Source: Chiloscyllium plagiosum
Taxonomy: Eukaryota
Reading direction: 5' to 3'
Assembly: GCF_004010195.1 (NCBI RefSeq)
Contig: NC_057749.1
Span: 12,516,591 to 12,560,547, forward strand
Length of the DNA: 43,957 nucleotides
Shown here piece by piece: positions 35,785-43,957 of the stretch. How positions within the stretch are numbered: position 1 is the first letter of the stretch; each line of letters starts with the position of its first letter. The position numbers were made by a program, and so were the translations under genes. The notes below the pieces were generated by a model that worked only from the letters and a program-made list of their open reading frames with translations, did no database searches and was not told where the DNA came from.

Positions 35785-36143
35785 GGGGTGGTATGGGTGG
35801 CTCCGTGGGTAGCACTGCAGCCTCACAGCACCAGGGACCCGGATTGGATCCCACCCTAAGGCAACTGTCTGTGTGGAGTTTGCACATTCTCCCAGTGTCT
35901 GCGTGGGTATCCTCCGGGTGCTCCAGTTTCCTCCCACAATCCAAAGATATGCAGGTTAAATGGATTGGCCACGCTAAATTGCTCATCGTGTCCAGAATAT
36001 GCAAGTTAGTGGGTAAACCATAGGAATTGCAGGGTTACAGAGATAGGGTAGGGGATTGGGTATGGGTGGGATCCTCTTCAGGGGCTTCAATGTGGATTCA
36101 ATGAGCCAAATGCCCTGCTTCCACACTGTAGGGATTCTATGAT
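35785..36143 (+). mobile_element. HE1-like V-SINE, full length (longer subfamily)
   Basis: Same head and V-domain as the previous copy; CR1/HER1-like tail ttccacactgtagggattctatgat. Confidence 0.9.
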
Positions 36144-36814
36144 TTCAACATTATGAATAAAAGATTTCTCCTGAAGACACTCTCTCGATGATAATGAAAT
36201 TTCACCGTATTCACTTTTCACTTGATTGGCCATTTTTTCAGAGGAGATCCTGGCAGTTAATGTTGGCTGGGGCGTCAAAGCAGGTTCTGTCCACAGCTGG
36301 TGTATCTCAGCCCAAAACTCATCACAGCTACTGTCTGCCAGTGCACCTCCCTGCCACAAGCTGCCCCAACTTTGGAGTAGTCACCACCCGCAGGATATAT
36401 TGGTGATTCATTTCCCCCTCTTTATTGACAGACGCTGCTCTTGTGTTCAAACTTTGGATTCACCATTTGTTAGACACTTGTTGTATAATCCAACCGCTCT
36501 GTATGCCATATGCTGCTTCAGTTCATTTCTGTTTCTGTTGTAAATATTTCACACTTCCTTTTGAGTTCTTTTCATAATGAATTTTAACAAATTAAACCTG
36601 TCACATTGTAGTCAGAGCCACTAGCACCAGTGACGGGGGGCTGTCAATATAATGTGATCAGTTTGCATAGTTCATGATTCGTTTCTCAGGTATGAGTGTC
36701 CCATTCTGATTCTGTAAAATTGCTATCCAATCCAGTCTCTGATTGGAAGTATATTCCCATAAATACTGCCTGACCTCTGACCTACTCTAATGCCTTTTCA
36801 AAACAAATAATACA

Positions 36815-36915
36815 AAATAGAAATTGCTGGAGAAACTCAGCAGGAATGGTAGCATCTGTGGAGAGAAAGCAGTTAACTTCAAGTACCGTGACCCTTCATC
36901 AGAACCCTTCAGAAC
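36815..36915 (-). mobile_element. Penelope-derived fragment with a decayed hammerhead (CTGATGA-aggg...)
   Basis: The minus strand reads gttCTGATGAagggtcacggtacttgaagttaactgctttctctccacagatgct; GAAA is not intact. Confidence 0.55.
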
Positions 36916-37349
36916 TGCCATTGTGAATGCTGCCTCTTATTATTGCTCCATTTTGACAGTATGCCCAAGCCCCCTTCACTGTTGTTCCTGCTTCATCTTA
37001 CTGGCAGCCAGCACTATATGAGCAAGAACTACCAACATTGTCTCTTTCGTATTTGAGTAAACACAGCCATTTGCTCGCTCGCTTTTTCAGTTGTTCTTTT
37101 ACTCACTCACACACTAAAGTAGTAGTGACGATATATAGTGACATATTCTAGATCTTGTCTGAGAGGTTCATTCATGATTAATGCATCTGCCCATTGAAAA
37201 TATGTCAATGCTGAATTTATTTCCAGTGTTCTCTCTGGAAGGAGTGGAAACAGCACTGAAAGGCAGTTTGGTTTCTTAGTTGATTGACTTCACTGCCTGT
37301 GGGTTCCTTTTGTTAAAATCTGAAAACACGTACTCTCTTTGTTTTTCAG

Positions 37350-37498
37350 TTCAAGTGCCGGGACCAGCTCAGAACCTGGTTGCACAAGCAAACTCGCCAA
37401 CCTCGATCACAGTCACCTGGCAGGAGCCTCACTCAGTCAATGGGCCAATCATAAACTACAAACTTTACTATATGGAGAAAGGGGCTGACAGTGAACAG
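37350..37498 (+). CDS. NEO1: Neogenin exon (~exon 10), FNIII-2 N-terminal half: [50 protein letters not shown]
   Basis: tttttcAG acceptor; CAG/GTGAGG donor; 149 nt; in frame. Confidence 0.97.
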
Positions 37499-37715
37499 GT
37501 GAGGAAATCATCCAGGCCATTCCCTTTAATGGAGAATTGCACTGGGATCTTCAGCATCAGGAAGCTCAGGAAATTTGGACAGCTGTGATTGGTTGGCATC
37601 ACGATTTGGTATTAAAGGCATCTGGGCTTTTGGAGAGAGGAAAGTGGTTCTGTAGAATATGGCAAAGAATGAATTAGAATAGAGATGGAACCAAGGAATA
37701 CACTTGCCATAAAAC

Positions 37716-39130
37716 TTAGGGAATTATAGTCACTGTTTCGAAATGCTTCCCTACTGAAACTTTTTGCACCTGGCCAAGCTCATTCCCCATTACCAAGTCT
37801 AGCATGACCCTTACTTGGTTGACTATGTACTGCATCAAGAAACTCTCCTGGATCCACTGTACAAATTTCCCCCAAGTCCAAGCATCTAGCACTAAGGGAG
37901 TCCCAGTCAATGCAGAGGAAGTTAAAATCACCCACCACAACAACCCTGTTGCTTTTGCATTTTTCTACAATCTGTCCGCATATTTGTTCTGTATCTCTTG
38001 CTGGCTGTTGGGAGGCCTGTAATACAACCCCCTCGAAGTGATTACACCCTTTTTATTCCTGAGTGGTACCCATATAGGCCTTACTGTGTGAGCCTTGCAA
38101 GGTGTACTCCCTCGGTACAGCTGAGATATTCTCCCTAATCAGTATTGCAAGACCCAGCTCTTTTATATCCCTTTCTATCTCAGCTGAAACATCTAAATCT
38201 TGGAACGTTAAGCTGCCAGTCTTGTCCCTCTCTTAACTACTTTCTGTAATAGCTACCACTGTTAGATTCTTTTCCCGAGGTTTCAAACACGAGATGCAAT
38301 TCATATACACCAACTTCTGCAAACAGATCCAAGTTTATTTAAGCTCGTACAAGCTAGGTGATCCGCTTTGACCCCCCCTCGCAGATGTCTGAGGTCGAGC
38401 CAAAGTGAGGCACTGAACAAAGAAAACACATCCCCTTTATACAGGTCAGTTGGCAATGCCTACAGATGCTCTGGCCATTCCCCCCCCCAATAGTCAGATG
38501 CCACTCAAGACAATTCCCAGTCACTCCCTCACAGTCACATGTTACCACCGGTGCCAGTGGTAGGATGAAATAATCCTCAGAGATAATGTAAATAAATGCA
38601 AATGCCCTAATCCTGGGGAATCATTATGCAGATGATTTCCTGACTCAGTGATTCCCCAAGACAATACAGGTGTGACATACCTAGCTTTAGGGGATGGCTA
38701 GAAAGCATTTCTGAGTGAAAGAGATTGAATGATAGTTTAATTTGATAATAGTAGAGGGTGTAGGAGCAAATGACTGTCTAATTGGACTGGAGATCATTTG
38801 CATTCTTGTCTGACTGTTGTCCCTACCCACTTCCAGAATGTTCACTCAGTGTAGTTTAATCCTTTAATATTACATGTATGTCCAGAGAGATAGTACTGCA
38901 AGTTAATTTTTTAACATTACACCACATCAAAGTTATATGTACCAATCCAAGCTCTAAGTTCATCTGCCTTACCAGTCATACTCTTTACATGAATACAGCT
39001 ATACCTCAGATCTCTATTCTTGCTGTGTTCAGTAACCTCTCCCCTTCTGTCCTTCCTCTTAGAGTCCTGGCCTTAGTCTCTAGCCCCTCCTCGATAATTT
39101 CACTTACTCACCTTGTACTCTTGTTCCTAC
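37716..39130 (-). mobile_element. CR1 LINE endonuclease-region fragment interrupted by a solo LTR
   Basis: Minus-strand VGDFNF, LDLVMGNELGQV and WQLNVP; continues after the LTR at 38922. Confidence 0.75.
38260..38921 (-). mobile_element. Solo LTR (662 bp), ERV1-like or Gypsy
   Basis: TGT...ACA termini; 4-bp TSD ccac (38256-38259 and 38922-38925); on the minus strand TATAAA (38441-38436) precedes AATAAA (38339-38334). Confidence 0.85.
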
Positions 39131-40116
39131 CCCTCTATATAAACAAACGATTTGAACCTGAGGAGGAAGTCGAGAGAGAGGAGCTACTGACTAAGATGCT
39201 AATGTAAACCTCAAAGAATGTGGCTGAGTTGCAATTTTTTTCCCTTGGAGGACATTAACATTAAAACACGGTAACTTGTGTTCGAATAATTGAATTCGTG
39301 CATTTCACCTACTCCACTGTACATTGTCTTTAGAGTACAGTCATGCTCAAATTCAAAACTGTCTCTGGTTCTGTTACTGTTTAAGAACTTTAATCTTTAT
39401 ACCAATTTTTCAATTATGGAATCGTGGTAATCATGAACAGCAGCCAGCTTACTCTGTACCAGTGATGTGAAGCATTTCTCCAGAGCTGTACTCCCTCCTT
39501 TGCTGTTGTGAAGTGACTTCACACATGTTACTTGTACAGAATGACCCAAGTGTTGGTGGTGTTGTGAATTCTGTTAGTCAGGCCAATGATTGGGAATTTG
39601 ATGTGAGATGGGGGAGTTCAGGTACCAGAGGATTGAGCTGTCTTTGACTCAATGACCTTTCCCTCTTGTATTAGCTGAACTTTGTGGAGAGGCCAGTGGC
39701 CCCTCTGCTGGGTCTTCCTGTGGACGCAACCCCATTTTGGCGGGTCACAGAACATGCTGGCATTTTCCCAGAACGACCATATCGCACTGGGAGGTTAGGG
39801 GTATCAAACCAACAAAACTGGGCCCTCCTTCGGTAGACAAAGTGCTGCAGGGGCAGGTCACAGCTTTAATTGGCCATGCCGATGGCTGAAGTAGTCTTCT
39901 GATCAGCAGCTGACCAATCATCTTTCCTACTGCCAGCAAAATGACACAGGAGCAGTAGTATGGGCTGTCCCCTCCCCTCACTTGCCAGTCCATTTGCAAA
40001 CCTCCCAGAGAATTCCATCTTGCATTTCTGTTCTGTACTTGTGAACTATAGAATGGACAAGTTGTGAAGAAGGTGCAGTATTTGTCAGAAAGCAGATTTC
40101 ATTAAAAAATGGAACT

Positions 40117-40230
40117 TGTTTTGAAAAAAACATTATTGTCCTAAAAAGTGAACTCTGCTTTTCTCTCTCTGTGCGTAGATGCTGCCAGATGTGCTGAGTA
40201 TTTCCAGCATTTTCTGTGTTTATTCCAGTT
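40117..40230 (+). mobile_element. Penelope-derived repeat fragment (degenerate)
   Basis: aactctgctttctctct...agatgctgccagatgtgctgagtatttccagcattttctg matches the reverse complement of 36815-36915 and 836-940. Confidence 0.6.
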
Positions 40231-40547
40231 TTTTTAATCGCTGTTTTCACCATCAATCCCTGACTGCTTTGAACCATGACAGTGGGATTGATCCTGGGCT
40301 AATCATGTGTTGCTTGGTCTTTTCCCCTCAATGTACACTCTGTTACTTAGATATGTGGAGATTTGTTCACTTATAGCCTGTGTACAATAACCTCTGCTCT
40401 TCTGTCCTTTCCCTTAGCCTCTTGGCCTTAGTCTCTAACTCCTCTGCAGCATCTTTGTAAGGAAGGGCTGTCTTTTAACTCCTGCAGCTGCTGGGAAAGC
40501 TTATTGCAGACAATTAAATGTGATTCCTCTCCTGGTTGTTGATGCAG

Positions 40548-40686
40548 GATGTAGATGTTGGGAGTCTTTCCTACACCATGAATGGGTTGAAGAAATTCAC
40601 TGAATACAGTTTCCGGGTAGTGGCTTACAACAAGCATGGACCAGGAGTCTCCACTGAGGATGTGGTAGCAACAACCTATTCTGATG
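40548..40686 (+). CDS. NEO1: Neogenin exon (~exon 11), FNIII-2 C-terminal half: [46 protein letters not shown]
   Basis: tgcAG acceptor; GTGAGT donor; 139 nt; [23 protein letters not shown] signature. Missed by the ORF track. Confidence 0.97.
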
Positions 40687-40808
40687 GTGAGTGCTGATGG
40701 CTGGTGCGTGTCGGAGAATCATGTTTTCACCTTGCTGTTGTATGTGTGATAAGTTGGGTATGTGTTTTTTTAACTCACTCTGTGACAAGCTGGCCTTGTG
40801 TTTTTCAG

Positions 40809-40858
40809 TTCCCAGTGCACCCCCTCAGAATGTCACGTTGGAAGTTCGCAATTCCAAG
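40809..40858 (+). CDS. NEO1: Neogenin exon (~exon 12), start of FNIII-3: VPSAPPQNVTLEVRNSK
   Basis: tttttcAG acceptor; AAG/GTGAGT donor; 50 nt; in frame. Confidence 0.96.
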
Positions 40859-40944
40859 GTGAGTGCCTTTTAACAAGAGGGACAGGTGACGTCACTCGTA
40901 AACTTGCCTCGCTAGTTTTAAAGAAATCCCTCCTTGTTTTAGAC

Positions 40945-41995
40945 AGTTTTTCTCACACTCATACTCTCCACCACCACTCATGCAGACTGACATTCGCACA
41001 CACCCCTACTCACTCACTCATGTCCACACACACCCCAATCACTCACTGTCTCATCCGCGCACACCCCCACTGACTCAAATCCACACACACCCTCACTCTA
41101 GCTCAACCGCGCTCTCGGTCACCTGCGCTTATACTCTCTCTCACGCTGTCTCACCCACGTGCTCTCACACTCTCCCATGTTCACACACACTTATGATTTC
41201 TTGCGTGCTTTTGCTCTCCCTAATGCTGTCACTTTCTCACGCTCACACTCGCACATGCTCTCTCATGCTCTGTTGCTCTCTCATGTTTGCACTTTCTCAC
41301 GCTCACACTCTCTCACCCTGTCTGACGCTCACGCTCTCTCATGTTTATACTCACGCTTTTTCTCTCGCTTTCCCATGCTCACGTTAGCTCTCTCTCATGC
41401 TTTCTATCTAATATTCTATCCCCCTTGCGCTCTCATGCTCCCTCGCTCTCATGCTCCCTCGCTCTCTCATGCTCCCTCGCGCTCTCATGCTCTCTCTTTC
41501 TCTCTCTTGCTCTGTCTCTCTCATGCTCTGTCACGCGCATGCATTCGCTGTCTCTCTCTCATGCTCTCTCTCTCTAATGCTCACTCGTGCTCTCTCACTC
41601 TCATGCTCCCTCGCTCGCTCGCTGTCATGCTCTCTCTAATGCTTTCTTTCTGATGCTCTCTCTGTCTCTGATGCGTTCTCTCTGCGCTGTCTATTTGATG
41701 CTCTCTCTCTCTCTCTGATGCGCTCGCGCTCTCTGATGTGCTCTGATGCTCTCTCTCTTTCTCTCTGATGCCCCGTCGCTCTCGGATGCCCCTTCCTATT
41801 GCGCCCTCACTCTCTGACGCTCCCTCGCTCTCTCTCTAATGCTCTGTCTAGCTCTCTCTAATGCTGTCTCTCCCTCTAATACTTTCTTACTCTCTCTCTC
41901 TGAGGCTCCCTTACTCTTTTGCCCTCTTGCTCTTGCTCTCTCACTCGCTCTCACGCTGATGCATTTTCATGCTGACACTATCTCTCCCTCTCTTT
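40945..41995. repeat. ~1 kb degenerate C/T-rich simple repeat (CACT, then CTCTCAYG, then CTCTCTGATG/CTCTAATG)
   Basis: Directly visible; fills most of the 1375-nt intron. Confidence 0.9.
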
Positions 41996-42233
41996 CTTAT
42001 AAGTGCTTTCCCCCCCCCTCAACAAAGAAATAGTTTCTCTCTCTGTCCTTGCAATTCCATGAACTTTCTGAAGGACCTTGATTAGATCACCCCTTAAATA
42101 TCTGTAACTGAGGGAACACAGGTCTAGTGTAACCTGTCTGCATAAGTTTGGCTGCTGATTGCTAGTGTTGAGTTTGATAGCTGAAGTGAGATTGTTCTGA
42201 TTAGTATCCGTCTTCTTTGTTACTTTTCTCCAG

Positions 42234-42375
42234 AGCATTGTGGTGCACTGGCAGCCACCGCCTCCAGGCACCCACAATGGTGTGATCACTGGTTACAATA
42301 TTCGATACAAAAAAGGCGGTCGGCGTGGTGAGACTGACACCACAGGAGGAAGCCAGCTTTCTCAGATAATAGATG
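42234..42375 (+). CDS. NEO1: Neogenin exon (~exon 13), FNIII-3: SIVVHWQPPPPGTHNGVITGYNIRYKKGGRRGETDTTGGSQLSQIID
   Basis: ttttctccAG acceptor; GTGAGT donor; 142 nt; in frame. Confidence 0.96.
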
Positions 42376-43099
42376 GTGAGTCTGTCCTGTACTTAACCTG
42401 CTTTCCTGAGATTACCTTTCAGAGGTGTAAGGCAGTACTCCAGCGTTATGCTTTTTATGTGGGTAGGCAAGTGAATATTTCCAGTCACTGAGTGGGTTCA
42501 TCTCGAAAATGCTGCAGTATTGACTCATGTGAATCAGGAAGGATTTTGCAAACTCACCCATTCCCAAAAAAACCAAGCAGCCAGCTTCAGCGAAAGATAG
42601 GCAGCTGCCTTTTACCCTCGCTTGGGCAATATGACCTTATCACAGAAAATGAAGATAAAATGTAATAGGTCTGGCAACATTTGTAGAGAGTGAAGCAGAA
42701 TTAATGTTCAGGGTGAAATTGTGGTGTTTGGGGAGTGGTTGAGTGATTTTACCTGCTGCAGCCTTTCTGTTATGAGCTCTTTCTCAGGGTTCAATATCAT
42801 TTGGGTTTAAATTCAGCTTGGTCCTCTCAGTTTGATGTGGTTCAGTCTGTGGGGCAGTGCTAGTGAGGCAAATATTAAAGTTGTGAGACTGACAGTGGCA
42901 GATCTCATGACTTCCCAACTCTAGGTCTTTGCAGAAAAACAATGTTTAACAAGTTAAATCTCATTGCTTGAGGTTTCGCTTGATTTCTTGAATTGCTAAG
43001 CTCTTATCGCCCTCTACTGTCTGTGTCTAGGATTGTTGGGGAGGTTGTGTGTCAGTCACTGTGACACAGCCTTAAGGGAACTTGAATATATTTAGTTTT

Positions 43100-43825
43100 A
43101 CATAGAACATAGAAGAATACAGCGCAGTACAGGCCCTTTGGCCCTCGATGTTGCGCCGATCCAAGCCCACCTAACCTATACTAACCCACTATCCTCCATA
43201 TACCTATCCAATGCCCGCTTAAATGCTCATAAGGAGGGAGAGTCCACCACTGCTACTGGCAGGGCATTCCATGAACTTACGACTCGCTGAGTGAAGAACC
43301 TACCCCTAACTTCAGTCCTATATCTACCCCCCCTTAATTTAAAGCTATGCCCCCTTGTAATACCTGACTCCATACGCGGGAAAAGGTTCACACTGTCAAC
43401 CCTATCTAACCCCCTAATCATCTTGTACACCTCAATCAAGTCACCCCTAAACCTTCTTTTCTCTAATGAAAACAGCCCCAAGTGTCTCAGTCTTTCCTCA
43501 TACGATCTTCCTTCCATACCAGGCAACATCCTGGTAAACCTCCTCTGCACCCGTTCCAGTGCCTCCACATCCTTCCTATAGTATAGCGACCAAAACTGCA
43601 CACAATATTCCAGATGCGGCCGCACCAGAGTCTTATACAACTGCAACATGACCGCAGCGCTCCGGAACTCAATTCCTCTACCAATAAAAGCCAGTACGCC
43701 ATATGCCTTCCTCACCGCACTATTTACCTGGGTGGCAACTTTCAGAGATCTGTGTACATGGACACCAAGATCCCTCTGCTCATCCACACTACCAAGTATC
43801 CGACCATTAGCCCAGTACCCCATCT
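43100..43825 (-). mobile_element. Young 5'-truncated CR1-clade LINE of a second subfamily, ORF2 C-terminus uninterrupted
   Basis: 198-aa open frame ...QRDLGVHVHRSLKV...LVRPHLEYCVQFWS...ALERVQRRFTRMLPG...; (acataga)2 tail; CpGs retained. Confidence 0.93.
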
Positions 43826-43845
43826 ATTAGCCCAGTACCCCATCT

Positions 43846-43957
43846 GCAAAGGAGCAACTTTTTCATGCAGAGGGTGGTGCGTGTATGGAATGAGCTGCCA
43901 GAGGAAGTGGTGGAGGCTGGTACAATTACAACATTTAAAAGGCATCTGGATGGGTAT
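43846..43957 (+). mobile_element. CR1/HER1-like LINE 3' segment (same subfamily as 1881 and 7529), running off the window
   Basis: gagggtggtgcgtgtatggaatgagctgccagagga matches the reverse complement of ~7665-7770. Confidence 0.85.

Noticed and set aside
35503..36023. Paired ORFs such as MGNLAWTVHLTCTSLDCGRKPECPEETHADTGRMCK
   Set aside because: These are translations of HE1/V-SINE sequence, not genes.
36240..36330. Possible RTE RT remnant (GVKQGC-like)
   Set aside because: Too short and frameshifted to support without a search.
372..42375. Assigning the gene as DCC
   Set aside because: Diagnostic residues and the Ig4-FN1 linker insert are neogenin-type, even though the exon lengths are DCC-like.
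1..43957. Prokaryotic-type systems (CRISPR arrays, operons, defence islands)
   Set aside because: This is intron-rich vertebrate DNA with no repeat-spacer arrays or dense ORF clusters.

Overview
This is vertebrate genomic DNA, most likely from a shark or other elasmobranch. That is inferred from HE1/V-SINE-like SINEs, CR1/HER1-like LINEs and Penelope-derived repeats. The whole window lies inside one + strand gene, neogenin (NEO1, DCC/neogenin family). Nine internal GT-AG exons (372-508, 13907-14061, 15786-15906, 25337/25397-25553, 27325-27479, 37350-37498, 40548-40686, 40809-40858, 42234-42375) splice in frame. They encode the end of Ig3, Ig4, FNIII-1, FNIII-2 and the start of FNIII-3, and probably correspond to exons 5-13 by vertebrate numbering. 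The introns are packed with nested retroelements: several CR1-clade LINEs, an RTE tail, an L2-type tail, several SINE families, a 662-bp solo LTR with a 4-bp TSD, and Penelope-like fragments, some with hammerhead-ribozyme motifs. There is one 734-N assembly gap. The most notable points are the 60-nt alternative 3' splice site with a YCAY cluster and NAGNAG at exon 8, a candidate poison exon just upstream of it, a sense-strand minimal hammerhead in intron 7, a perfect 70-bp inverted repeat, and an antisense solo LTR. I see no evidence of a wholly new multi-gene system. Most ORFs in the supplied track are TE-derived or spurious. Repeat family names and comparisons with human/mouse sequences are from memory and need database confirmation.
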